Assembly (NCBI GenBank): GCA_040954595.2
Contig: CM082578.2
Span: 6,061,519 to 6,125,518, forward strand
DNA length: 64,000 nt
Direction of reading: 5' to 3'
Source: Balanoglossus misakiensis
Taxonomy: Eukaryota > Animalia > Hemichordata
A program made the position numbers and the translations under genes. Of the stretch, positions 23,757-37,578 are shown piece by piece. The number at the start of each line of letters is the position of its first letter. The first letter of the stretch is position 1. The notes beneath the pieces are model-generated. The model did not search any database. It worked only from the letters and a program-made list of their open reading frames with translations, and was not told where the DNA came from.

Positions 23757-24579
23757 AAGTCACTTTCGTTTGAAATTTATCTTGGGCTGTTTTTCTGGTG
23801 TGGGAAGTTATATTCTGCTAAATTAAACGTTCAAAACTGTCTGTCACCGGAGATATATACCCCAATCGTGTCTGAGAATGTAGAATTAGAAATGCACGGC
23901 ATCCGGGGCTTGTATTATATTTTTTGTGTTTCTCACAACTGAAGTCTTACCTATTTTACTTAGTCAGAAAAGTACAAATAATTCCTTTGTTTAATTGCAG
24001 GGGAAAACGATAGGACAAGATAGTATGCCAAATGTTACTTTACTTTTGTTCTCACCTTATTCAAATTATCAAACTCTCTCCCTAGATTTCGACTTTAAGT
24101 ATATTTCCTCGTAAACTTATTGGGTATTGCGTATTGAAAGTGGACCTAATACATCTTGTCATTTTGTGACATTCATGAAGGATATCGAAACTTTTTTCTG
24201 CGAATCGTCAGGGAAGCTCACTGCATCTTTTAGATGGGTCAGTTTTTACTATGTCTCTATTCAAAACAATGTGTGGGGGTAACCATTATTGGTGAATGGA
24301 TATACACTTTCGTGTTTTGGGGTCTTTTGATTTGATGGGACGGACGGTTATGATAACTAGGGGAAATGAGAAAATGGCGTCTTGAGATAGAAAGGTCATA
24401 AATACGAATAACTGAACATAGTATCAGAGTAAGGCGATTTCACGGATGCTTTGGTTCCAAGATGAAGCTGACTTTGACCTTGACCCTACGAGCTTATATC
24501 CTGACAAGGACGTCGTCCCACATGAACCGAGTCTATAACATACTGCGTGAGTGTATACTCAACGTAGTCTATAGTCATG

Positions 24580-24656
24580 TAGCCTGGTCACTATACCCAG
24601 TATATGTTTTAGATAGACTCACTATCTAAAACACTCTGGGTATGGTGACCAGGCTA
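24580..24656. mobile_element. Palindromic non-autonomous DNA transposon (Academ-like) with perfect 9-bp TSD
   Basis: TAGCCTGGTCAC-TATACCCAG..TGTTTTAGATAG and CTATCTAAAACA..CTGGGTAT-GGTGACCAGGCTA, flanked on both sides by ATAGTCATG (24571-24579, 24657-24665). Confidence 0.8.
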
Positions 24657-24829
24657 ATAGTCATGGGGAAATATTCAATTTTCGTGGACAGTCTACTAGG
24701 ACCCTAACTTGGTGAACCTTGGAAAATTTGCGTTCAGCAATATCTGCATTGATTTCTTTTGTCTTTCTTGGGTTTCTGTCAGTTCGACAATGCTTGCCAA
24801 GTACCCCCCCCCCCTCCCGCCATAGCACT

Positions 24830-25135
24830 GTGACTGGGAGGGCGCGGAGGGTCCCACGCGTACCGGCCCTTTATTTCACCCTCACCGAACGATTGACCCG
24901 AACTGCATTTCACATTATCTCAGACCACATGAGGCAGGTTCATTCGACCCGTTATTTACGCGACTCTACCTCACACTTTCTCAAAATTACCGGTGGTCAC
25001 GTGACACACTTCGCTACGCCCCCTGCAGGGCGCAGAAGACGCGAAACCCATATAGTGGAGTGAAAGCGCGCGGGGATTTAGGTAACTATAAGCCGTGCGC
25101 CGTGCTCATTACGGAAAATACCGGAACTGGTAGAA
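24830..25135. promoter_or_regulatory. CpG-rich promoter/insulator-like element
   Basis: CpG-dense, with GTCACGTGAC (24996-25005), a CTCF-like motif (reverse of 25017-25030, CCCTGCAGGGGGCG) and an ETS-like CCGGAA. Confidence 0.35.
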
Positions 25136-28100
25136 GTTCACTTTAATGTCAAAAATATAAAAAGGAGTCGGGAGATCATAAATTACATCGGAGCTGTCAG
25201 AGTAAACGGGGAACCGGTTCGGTTACTTTTAGAACATTCACTGCGGCGGCAGGTGAAAGCTTCGAGCTGATCATTAAGCCGGGTCATCGTCTGCGAGCCT
25301 TTCACTATTTTTATATGTATAAAGCGAGCAAGACAGCAGAGAGACAGACCAGTCTACCTTCCCTTTATACTTATAAAATCCCGGACAATGTTTGTCTCCC
25401 GCAGTGTCTTCGGAATATATTTTATCTTATTGAAAACCAAACTTAAAACGGGGTTTCTACTCGAAGTATTTTTCGTCCAACAATGGAGTTTCAAGCTCAA
25501 AGACATCAGGAAATTTCAAACGGCGTGTTATTTGGCCTTCTTTTATCCGAAATGATTACATTTTATCAAAGCGGTATTTAATGTAATGGTGCCAAGCACA
25601 ACAGCCAGTTCCTGTCCTATCAAACCTTGTTCCGTTTGCACGGAGGAGTAATCACTGTCTCCTTGACAGCCAGCTCCGTGTCTTTGTCAGACATTTTGAA
25701 ATGCAAGTTGCAGGGTACTCTATATAGAAGACCCTTGGAGACGCTATGTGTGCATGGGCCTGCGCGCGGCTGACAATTCTCCGTCCATGAAGGGGCTGTG
25801 TTCGGGTGCAAAAATAAATGAAGCTTTGATCCATAGCATGGCAGGCTTTGGCAGTGCTCATCTGAACATCGATGGCGGATCACAGCTAAACATGACAAAA
25901 TTTGATAATATGATTTTACCAGTCACATATACCTGGATTTGTTTTCGCGCGCAATGGCACACAGTGCACTCATAAAAGCAAGCCTGTTTGCTTGACTGGG
26001 ACGAACCGCACTTGAGAGTTGTCAAAAGGAGTTACCTCCGAGATATTTTGCTGCCAAAACTATGTAACATAACTTAAAGACTTTGTTAAGTTAACGACGC
26101 GGGATTGCGAGGGAGTTACGCATGGTGCCACTTCCCGGACATCTACGAGTTTTTGGGGGAGTCTGTTGCACCCGGGCAAATACATTTATCACCCAAATGC
26201 TCGTCTTTCCGCCGGGAATTGGCACCATCAACGTCTACGCCAACTTGAGACACTGGCAACATGCGTCTTTGGTGATTTATTATTTTTTGTCAGAAAGGCG
26301 AGGCTAGTTTCTTTTTAAACAGGGTTTATGGGAAAGTATCCCAGTGATTAGCACTGGATTCGAGTTAATGCCAGCGTCGCATGTAATAAGCCTGGGCTGG
26401 CTGCTGCGGTTTTGATTGGAGCACACAGGCGGGTCACCACTGGCGCAGTCCGCACTAACAAATTAGCCAGGCATTCACGTGGACAGTTGATGCGGCCGTG
26501 AGAACCGAGTAGACCAGCATGAGACGCCAGCGACCGCGACTGACTTGTAAATAACACGACCACCCCGTTTCGTTCGAACAGTTGTTTGAGAAAACATGGG
26601 TTGATGGTTTATACATGCAGATGTATATGTGCGCTTTACGTCGCAGCAAATAAAAAAAATTGTCACGAGATATCGCAGCTGTAACTTTTGAGACTTGAGA
26701 GGTTGGTTGCTTTGTTTTTGTTGTGTTGTGTTGTGTTTTTTTGTAGTTTCTCGTTCTATATTTCGTAGCAGGCCAATATTCTGCGTGTCAGCAAGAACTT
26801 GTATAGCGACCACCGTGATCGTTTAAAAATTAATTCAATTTAGGACTTTAGTAATCCCATTTTTCAACAATGTCAATACTGATTGAACATATATGGACTG
26901 TTCTGAGTGAGTTTAATAAATTACATGCTGACCGTTTCATCATGAAGCCAAACGCAATAAACTACAGTTCATATCCAGAACAAGTACTTTTACATGTAAA
27001 TAGTCAAATGGCCGATTGAACTTATATCGCTCTCACACAGATGACCGTTATAAGCCACCGCTTCGAGTTCCGCGTTTTGAGATTGTGAACACCTTGTTAA
27101 AAGTATATCGCGATTTTAAATTACTAGTACATGTAATTGCTTTATTAAAAATTATTATTTTTGACAGGTTGCTTCTATTTAAATAATCATTTTGACAGTT
27201 TGAATAAATCGTCTAGAACAGAAAAACAATATTAAACTGTCAACAACGAATTGATTTTAATCAGTTTAGTCCTGTCTCCATTAATTTCAGAGATATGTTC
27301 ACGTTTTTAGATTAAAATGTTTTCTGCGTGTTGTGTGTTGAAATAATTGATGTCAGTCGTTCTTCTTTCAACTCCAGAAACTGATCCTTCCCAAGAGAAT
27401 ATTTTTTAAACCAAGAAGCAGGTCACTCTTTTTGTTAAAAACCGTCTCGAGATTTATGCACGTCTAAGGATGTAATCGACGGCAAGAGAATCCACGCGTT
27501 GTGGTCATTGATCTTCAGCGGGCGAAAGGACAAAGGATATACGCTTTCCGTTCTTGTTTTGCAGCGGCATTTCTACCTAAATAGGGCCGGAAAGGAGAGA
27601 GATGGGCAGAAAGGTAACTGTGCCCTGTCAGTAACAAAAGGCACCGATGTGAGCATATACGAAGTTGAAACGTCATCCGCGTCATCAGAGTGGGGGAACC
27701 ACATGGCACACACCCTCGTGTAAGCCACTGAGAGTCGAGTCCGACGATCGTCAAGTGATATTTCAATCACGTTGTCAGGCTTTTGACGACAGTCATGTAA
27801 TATGATACCCGAGCGAGAATTCTTATCTAGTTCTCTTTTGCCCTTGTCACGATGGCAATATTATGAACGGATCTTGTAATTCTATTAGTTCTCGGTGTGA
27901 TTAAATACACACCCCAGTTGTCAGCTTCAACTCCCGCGAGGAATCTTTTGTTTAAATGGTGGAAAAATATAAAAACCACAATGTTGATGACGGTCCCCAA
28001 AGTGAACATTTATAACACTTATTACTCAAAATGGGAATATGCTTCAAAATGTTAACAATTTTATTACAGAACGGATAATACCACAGTTCTTTCTTGCTTT

Positions 28101-28243
28101 CTTTTTAGAATGTCCATTCAATCGCTCACCGATTTCCAATCGCTGTATGTCACAACTCATCAGGAACTTTGTTGAGGTGCGCTCATTTCTGTGATAAAGA
28201 AAGTCCCCCCCCCCCCCCCACATTATCTTCACAGCAACACTAA

Positions 28244-28967
28244 GGGAGCATTCGTTTTTTACAGGGAGGGGGGGGCGGTGGAAATCAGGGGGGGGGGTTT
28301 ACTTTTACAAAGCAGTTTTTAGGGGGGGACAAATTTTATAATCAAGGGATTATTATATAGGGACTGAAAGGGGGGGGACTTGAAAACTTTGACGGCTAAA
28401 TATTTATTTTGAGTCCACAAAAATGCAGTTTCGCGTCCTTTATTTTACAAAATTTTCTAATGTGGGAGGGGGACACCCCCTCCATTCATCAACACCTTTC
28501 AATCATTGACTGGTTTATCTAGTGTCCCAGGTCAGGGGACTTGCCCCCACCCCATGATAACTTTGAGCGGCGACGTTAATTTGCTTTCGCTGGGTTCATT
28601 AAAATGCAGCTTTGAGCTCTGTATTTTATAAAATTTTCTTACGTGGGAGGGGGACACCCCCTCCCAAACCCACCCCCTTCAATTCTCGGTTTACAATGTC
28701 TCCCAACACAGAATACAAATACTTAAAAAATAAAAACAATGTTCAGTTTTACTACCCACTGATGAGGGGAAACATTGGTTTCAAATTCTTTTCATGGGAG
28801 CGCTGTGTCCATGATAAGTTTAATCAGGTGGATAAACTTTTTTTTTTTTGGGGGGGGGGGGGTCACATTTTAGAAAAGTAATTTCCAGGGGGGGTTGCCT
28901 TTTACATTTAGTCGGCGACTCAAATTCCACCGCCCCCCCCCCCTCCCTGTAAAAAACGAATGCTCCC
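28244..28967. mobile_element. PIF/Harbinger (Tourist-like) MITE, 724 bp
   Basis: TIRs of about 40 bp, GGGAGCATTCGTTTTTTACAGGGAGGGGGGGGCGGTGGAA and TTCCACCGCCCCCCCCCCCTCCCTGTAAAAAACGAATGCTCCC. TAA on both flanks (28241-43, 28968-70). Internal direct repeats at about 28441 and 28622. No ORF. Confidence 0.85.
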
Positions 28968-29373
28968 TAACTGTACATTTTGGCTATTTTATCGTTATTC
29001 TTGGTATAAGGTGTCCGTGTAGTTTATTGTTGGAATCCTTTAAGCATTATTTCAACACAGTCTACATTTTGTCAATAAAAATGATTGCTACACAATAGAG
29101 GCCATTTTGACAAGTGGAATATGGGGTATTTTACTGAGCAGGCTGTAGGACAGAGGAAGAAATATGCAGTTTATACACAGAACTATAAATTTAAAACAAA
29201 ATGGCTAAAAAGTTACTTAACATTTCTCTTTAAACGTATATTTTGATAGTTTAAGTTTATTAGTGTTTGTTTTGTGTAACCACGACAGTTTCTCGTTCTA
29301 TGCCTCTAAAGTAAGTTGATACGCCCAGTACTTTTGGTCATTGACACCAAACATTTGTTTATGTGTATCGTTA

Positions 29374-29397
29374 TCGTCGTCGTCGTCGTCGTCATCG

Positions 29398-29465
<68 letters not shown>

Positions 29466-29481
29466 GCTGCTGTTGTTGTTG
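29374..29481. repeat. Compound trinucleotide microsatellite (TCG)n(TTG)n
   Basis: Seen directly; it explains the poly-N, poly-V and poly-L ORFs. Confidence 0.95.
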
Positions 29482-32400
29482 ACATTGAAATTGAACCTAC
29501 AGTCCGGAGATAAAAAAATTGGGAACAATGACAGCTGTATCACAATCATACAGCCGCGTCAGAGTCAGCAGTGGGGTAGAAAACGAGAATATTATTGATA
29601 CGAGGAAAGAAAAAAGTTGAACATTTGCAACCATCCAAAGGACATAACCTGTCTCTTTAATCGCTGAGAGAGTATATTTGCATTTTATTTGCGCCTTTCG
29701 TATGGTTATGCCACCCTCTCTGGGTCTTTTGCAGCAAGATGAATGGCCGTGGACCCTGACGACAGTTGAACATTCGTTCCGCGTGCAGTATAACAGCCGT
29801 TCGGGTGGTTAATTGTGCCCATTGTTTTCAACTCCTCTGACAAATTGAAATGGGTCAAATTCAATTAAAACCCGCAGATGGGGTCTGTGTACGAGACTTC
29901 TATACGAAACACTCCGTCCCGTGCGGATCAATCGTATCAGTTTTTCCCGGGCGGTGACGGGCAACTTCTCCGTGCGATTCCTGCTGGGACGGCGCGGTGG
30001 TGTACACCGCGCGCGCTCGATGATGCCTGCGCAGAGACGGTTGAGAGCAGACATGAACACCGTCGCACCTTCGGCCTCTTTTGCACTTTTTTGTACGTCT
30101 GGACAAGTTAAGTGCTCTCAAATTAAATATGAATCAATGGTGACCAAGAAAACTAATATGGCCTCCCGCTGGTCGATTGCGCTGTTTCCTTTCAGTCGCC
30201 TTTTCAACGGTGGCGTGTATTGGAGTGTCGGCAGGAGCGAATTGATGCGACCGTCATTGGACACAGCCCGGTAATCTGTTGGCCTCCCAAAGGCTCGCGA
30301 AATGCAACTGTATATACGTCTAGACAAAATGGAGCCCCAAGCCAATTGCTCATCAGGGCTCGCCAACAGATTCGAAGGGAGAAATAATCGACTGTACTTA
30401 TCTGAAATTTGCGAAACAAAGACGAGGGGACAAAACGGCTAATTTTTAATTTGCTGTGATAATCACGGATCTCACAATGCACGAGCGTATGGCCTGGTCG
30501 CCAAATCACCCCTTAGTTTCAGAGGGACAATGAAAAGAAATATAACGAAATGTCGACCACGATCAGTGACTGAGTTCTCGTGATATGACGCATCGAGAAT
30601 TTTAGTGGCCGTAAACCCGTTGTGAGGTTTTCCGGCAAAGGCTTGGCTTTCATCGGCTGAGAAATCGTTAACTTCGCCGACTGCACTTAGGGCCTCTGTG
30701 CCGTTGTTCAGTCATAGGCCTAGGCTTCATGTGAGACAACGCAGTCGGACGTGGTTGAGTGTGCGTTTTGCGCAAACTAACCGAATTCTGCGTCGATTTA
30801 ATACAATAACTTCACAGATCTGGAAGATGTCCGCAAAATGTCCAAATGTAGAAATTAGAAGAATATTTCAACTAAAATTGTGTCGGTTGCGGATCCGATA
30901 GTGATATTGAATTCACCCGGTAATTATGTGCGGATAACGTATAAGTCAACGCGCTACTTCGCGTAGACGCCCTTCACGGGGCTCAGCGCCAGTCTGCAGA
31001 ATCTCGCCAAGCTCCGACTGCATTCGACGCCGTCCGTCCGTCCGTCACTGAAATGTGAAGTCGGCGGACGAATCCAACAACGTTGTCTCTGCATGCGCCT
31101 CGAGTTTTTTTTTCTTGTCACCGCAGTGGATAAAGCGAGCCAAGCACGGAGTCCTTCCCATACATACTCGGTGCTCTTAGTATAACTTACCCAAACTGCA
31201 CTCCCCGCACCTTTCATTCATTCTACAACATACGGGAGAAACTGGCGACGACGGAGAAAAAACGCGATTATGTAAGAGAGTCTTGTTTTACTGGTCATAC
31301 TTTCTTTGTCGAGTCCTTCGGAGCAGTCGGACACAAGATTGCCCTTTTTTAATAGAGAGACTGCTTTCAAAATAAAAAACTTGGGTCCCCCTGAATAACG
31401 GCGATGTGCAGTGGAGTCAGACAATGCGGCCTGTCTCCTCGCTTGTTGTCGCCTTTCGACTTTGATTAAGTATGATCTATTTCAAGAGTGTTGATCCTGT
31501 CGGTCGGGTCACTGGAAATAAAAGACTGGAACCCCACTCAGCCACTCTCATTTTTCGCTCTCGCTGGTCCGCATTGTTCCTTCCCCCCTTTCGGGGCTGT
31601 GTGCGAATTCGAGAGATTTATATTCCCGGGACAAAAAAAACTGGGAATTTTGAAACGAGCTCACAATAAAATCATTTTTAAAACGGTATACGCCGAGCTA
31701 CACCCACAAAGAGACCACTTCTGTCACTGTCCTCACGTTGCCGGCGCACTCATGCGATCTCCCCCCTCTCAAAACACTGATGAATTTTGAAATGATCGGA
31801 TACCCTTTTTTGTCTGGTTTTGCTTGTGTTTGTTTTGTCGCGTTTGTTTGTTTTTCGCTTCGGTGGTATTAAACATCTCTCACTGCAGAAAAATACGTTT
31901 CGTCAAATGCAACATTTCACCCAACTATAGACCAACTTTCTTTTGTTGGATCCGCCCATATGGTATGCCTCACTGCGAATCATAATTATACACCTTCCGA
32001 CCTTCCTATTCTTTTTGGCAACGATCCGTAAAGGGCCCCCTTTCTTGCCCAGAGGCCCTGCCTTGGCTAATTAAGTGTAATGCACATCAGCCACATCGGT
32101 TGGAGTCTGCTTTCTGTGGGGGACTGTATAACGCCAACAGGGTCTTTTAAGACAGCATACACCACGACGATACTGCAAAATGGGTGACGGTCTGAAAGTG
32201 ACGCACGCCGCGAGGAAGCTTCTGGGTTCCCGCTCTCCAGGATTCACGTCACGCCGGCCTGCCCCCGAGTTTCATGAGCTGAAAATTTGTTTTTTACAAA
32301 CCCAATCTAACACTACGCTACCACAGCAGTGTTTTTTCCTCTCGCGAGAATATGGCATGTTTAGAAAATTCCCACACACCTATATACCGGCACCAATCTT

Positions 32401-35400
32401 AGCCTGTTCGTGAAGACCCGGGGAATCCAACAGGTCGCCATTTGGCCAATTCCCACGCCCCTCTACGCATGACTCCCCCTCCCCCAACTATCAACCGTCG
32501 TTGACTTTCTTTTCAGTGATTTTAAACTACCTGTCCATTTGGTGTAACTTTTGTAGACGAATTTTAAAGCTTGCAAAACTCAAATGTACACGGCGACGGT
32601 ATTACACCGGGGAGGACTGTGACGACATTGTTAATCCAGTCGCGTAAGCACAACCATCCCAATTCATGGGAAGTGCCCACCACGTCGCACCCGTAATAAA
32701 AATGTTCAAATATTTACAGAGTATTTATTTAACAACTGCACAGTAAACAAATTGATTGAAATAAAATTAAGTGGGCTGAAAGGGAAGCTGAAACAGTGTT
32801 GATATTGGCGACATAAGGTGGCTTCGATTTGCGGGCCAGTGTCTTCATAAACCCACCCGAAGGACCGCATTCCGCACACGTGCGCGGACCTTTTGGGTCT
32901 GGCGTTATATGCACACACACACGGCCTGATTCATTTTAAATTCTAATAGCAAAACTTTTACGAGTCGTTCCCTTTATGTAAATCGGGTTGAGTTAACAAA
33001 ACAGACGATGGGGCTGCAGCGACGGGTGTGCACGTGGCGGCCGAGGGAGTGTGTGTCTAAAGCCGTGCTTGTTAATGCCGCTGCTTATTTAAGCTGGCAG
33101 AGATGACATCGCAACGGTTGTATAGAGATACTCCGACGATAAGCGACAATTAAACTATCGGCAGTGCTATGCTTTTCAATCATTAAAAAACACACTAAGC
33201 GAATCCCTACCTTTCGCTGGCGATATTTTTTTTTAATGTTTCACCGTTAACGTATACACTCCGTGCGATTCATTAAGGGCTGCGGTGTGTCGTCCGCCCT
33301 GGTGCCGCATTGTGCAAGAAAGCAGATCTCTGCCGGGCATTGCCTTTGCAGTAGGCCTACCTATTCGATCTGCAGTGACGTGATGTGTCAGACTTGGTCT
33401 TTGAAAATCGTTAATCCCATCCATCAACTGTCCCCAAAACAGTAAAAGAGATATAACTACACTACACAGCCATTAGCGATGACACTTGACATTCACCCTT
33501 TCGCTTTCGATTAATAGATTGTGCGACGTATACCCAACTATATACAGTTATACAAAGCTTGTATGTGTGAAAATTGTCCGGTTATCGTTTTTTAGATTAA
33601 TTCAATGTATGTACCTAAAATTACACAAATCGCAAGTAAACGTCTTGTGTAGAGTTGATAAAGAGACCTAGATTGCGTTCTACCGGTCAACATACTTCGA
33701 AGAATGGCCACAGATCATTCCATTGCCCCTATAGCAACTTTTCTGTCCCCGGCAGCCGTCGATCGCAGTTAGGTTGTGCCCCTTCAACTAAAACCAGCGA
33801 ACCCCTTTGTTTGAAATTATATCTGGGGGGATAGTAGGTTTTGGAACACCTGCAGAAGTGAACGCAACCACAATAAAAAGCAACTAAAAGACAACGAAAC
33901 ATCTAAATATTACACTGACGGTACATTTCACATCAATGGGCCTCGTGAACGCGCGCGGGGGACGCTATGAAATCGACAGATAATGCGAATTAGGAAACTT
34001 AATCGGGCGGAATGCATTCGAAGCCGGTGGGCTGGTACTGAGACCACAGCCATTTAAAATGTACAAAACAAACGAAATCACTTTCATCTGTGACTAATAG
34101 ATGTGTTATTCATGGTTTTTGTTTTTCGCCGGTCGGTGGTGACATCAATGAATATCGCAAATAAAGCTCAACAAACGTCCATAGTTTGATTTCAATATTA
34201 GATTAGATATTTATGCATTTCACTATATCGCTGTTAGATTTTTGTCTTTTTTATCTATCCCTTTAGATCGCGTCGGTGCCTTGTATTTTCAACCTCTTTG
34301 GAGATTGCACTTTTACTACGCTAGGACAGTTCTTTCGCCATCTATACATCTAAATGATCTGGCGAATTTGACACCGACGTTTTCTGTAGTGTTTTTCACA
34401 GTGGGTCACACCAAACTTCAAGAAATCAGCTAACGGCCATTGTCTAGTGAGATTCACAGACCCCAAGTGTACAAACCAGCCATCCACCGAGGCAATTAAG
34501 CTAATTAGTGACTTTAATTTTTATTGCATAATGAGGACACTACATACATTCACGGGCTGCCACGAATTTGCAACCCGCCAATCTGTACAATATAGTGGTA
34601 CACACAAGCCACTTTTGACATCCGGCTCGTGAAAGAGAAACCCCCTTCAAATGCACCGAGATACAAAGAATCCCCTCCACCCTGGCCCATTTCAGTCTGT
34701 TTCGTTAAAAAAGGAGTTTGATCTTTGTGTCAAATTGTGCATTGTCCTCCGATGGGTACAGTCAAGACTCCCTACTGTGTTTTTCTTGAGAGACGGATTA
34801 ATAACCAAGCGCATGCCAAGAGAAAGGGGTTTTTCTTTCTTTTTTCGGAACAAAGGGCGGTGTAGGCTGAACAGTAAACGCCAATGTTGATGTATGTTGG
34901 ACATAGGGAAACGCTTCTTCCTATAGAAGCATGAAAATCAGGGGGTACTAGTATTGCACAGTCGACTGTAGACACACTGTACATGTAGATATTAAGAGAC
35001 TTACAGTCGGTGTTCCGAATATTGATGCGTAAATTCATCAAACGTACAACAACCCTTTCCTCGGCAATCCCACCAAACCCAAAATGTCATTATTATCTAC
35101 ACGCTACATATGAATGCTAACGACGTGGCCACAAAAAAGGTGTGAAAACGACCTGCACAGAAACTATTGTTTATTCCGTAAAGTGACTTGATAGAGACTA
35201 TCATCTCAATGGACACAATCAAAACCGACCGAATTGTCATCTTCTTAATCAGGAAGCCGACGGATTAAGTCTGGTGAAGCTACTTAGACTAATTTGCGCT
35301 GATTTAAAACGACTATATATCTTGTTTTATGTTAAAACGTTTGCGCTTATTAATTGAATAATAAAAAACAAGAGTAAAATTTTGTTAACCAGTGGGTAAA

Positions 35401-37456
35401 AAGGCTTCATCTTCTACGTAAAACATAGCAATATTACAAACTTAGGGTGGGAATATCACTTTTATCGATTACAGGACATAACAGATGGAAAAAAAAAGAA
35501 AAATGTGTACTTTGTTTCTTCGGGAATAAAAATCATTGGGTTTATCTTTTATTTCTTTAACTCATCCACTAACCGACGGAGAGTCAGAAAATCAGATATA
35601 TCAATAAAGACAACATGTCATAAAATAGATTAACGATTAGAGCGATACGACTGCGATATGTTGATCGACGAAATTGATCAATGCCATCATGTACCGAACA
35701 CACACGTGCGCGCGCACACACACACGACCAAACAAACAAACAAAATGGATGACGACGTCTGCGAGTAGTTTAAGTGATGATGTCGCGACACGGAGGAAGA
35801 GGCAACAAGCCAGTGACATCCGTGTGATTGATGATTCGCAATCCGTAAAAATAAAACCGGGTAAAGTTTGCACGGAGCATGCGCACATTGTGGGGTCTCA
35901 TCAAGTATTCATGGGAAGAGACAATATACAAGGCATTGTTTTGTCTGCCCGACTCATTACTCTTTTCTTGGGGTCGGTGGTACAATTTCGCTGGGAGCAG
36001 GAAATCATAGCTCGGTTACCAGGCCCTCGATACATTACTTCTCTTCCTGCCCCATTGTCGACCTGTGCTCCTTCGTGTCTAGGTAATCAAAATGTGAACA
36101 CACAGAGCGTGGCTTCTCTTTACCTCCATTTTTTATCAAACGAAACATCCTTCCTCGCTTTTCACATTTGTTGATCGGTTTTCTTTGCGAATGGTCCAAA
36201 TTAATTCTGGAGGGACTGGATATGTTGAAGAGAGTCGATGACCTGGAGTGGTTGGGTTTCGGTAAAAAAATGGAATATTGTAATCATCACGCAAGGTTCG
36301 GGGAAAAAAAGATGAAAACCCGAAATTGGAACTCGACGGTACAAAATGCAACCAAAGGCAGAGCATTGCATTGATGACTTTAATTATTATGCGAGTTTTT
36401 AGATGAGTATCTATGTTTTGCTCTCCCGTCACATTTGCCGGGGTGTGTCGGCATCGATTTCATCGCATTCAAATCGCCCGAACACCTTTGAGCGAAGGAT
36501 TGGTTTCACTTACACGAGAGGAAGTCGGTTGACGTTTCACAAGAGACAACAAGTGACCTAAATCGCACATAAGTACCGCGATCATTGTCACGTCCTTGCA
36601 AGCCAATCAAAACACCTGTTTATTTTTTCACTCTCGCGCTCTGTTCACGGCGACTCACAAAGTCGGCGAGTTACGAATGTCGGCGGCGGTTTTTTGGCGA
36701 CTTGTTCAGAGTTGATTGAAGCGTTGTTAAAAGGCGCGTACATGCAAACGATTCGGGTGATGAAGTGAGCTTGAAGTATGTGTTAACGAGTTAATTAGTT
36801 ATTGATTGTGTCGGGCGCACTGAGCCTCAAAGCCAACGAGGAAGTTTTTATTGCTAACACTTTTCACACCTCCCGTGAATCCCCCCATTCGCTCTCGCTT
36901 TGTTCTAATTTATAGAACTAAACGGGTTCGTATTTTTTGTTCATTCACGGCTCCGAGACAAACACGCGTATTATCGAAAATGAAATGAAGTGCAACTCCG
37001 CAAGAAATTACGAACTCATGCATTTCATGTAGATAAAGTCGACCGGTGATTTTCAAATCAGGAGGAGTCCCAATATTCAGAACCTAAAACATATTTGTTA
37101 TACAACATGTACAACGTGATCTTCATTTTTTGATAAAGTTACTTGGTAAAAGTCTTAAAATTACGTTATACAGAACATAATGGCCCGATTGATTTGATTT
37201 ATTATATATTGTCAATTTTAACTGTTCAAGCATTCCGTTATGGTTGAGATTCAAACGTACGATTTTACTACGTTTACACTGTAGACCTAATCTAATTAGA
37301 AAGCTGGTGTAATGAATTAGTCTGCTAATGTTCTTCACCATCCCAATGAAAGCCAATCCCCAGTAACATGATGCATTGTACACGGACAGGAGCCGCCGCA
37401 AAACTTGGATTAAATATTATTCCAATCGAAGCATATTTACATCAATTATTTCCAAG

Positions 37457-37578
<122 letters not shown>

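Noticed and set aside
25625-25694. Possible minus-strand first coding exon MSDKDTELAVKETVITPPCKRNK
   Set aside because: Reasonable ATG context but a weak donor, and no downstream exon found that continues the frame.
29298-29598. Poly-Asn, poly-Val and poly-Leu ORFs
   Set aside because: Translation artefacts of the (TCG)n(TTG)n microsatellite.
35674-36174. 166-aa plus-strand ORF in the gene desert
   Set aside because: Begins in CA/AAAC simple repeats and shows no domain or exon signals.
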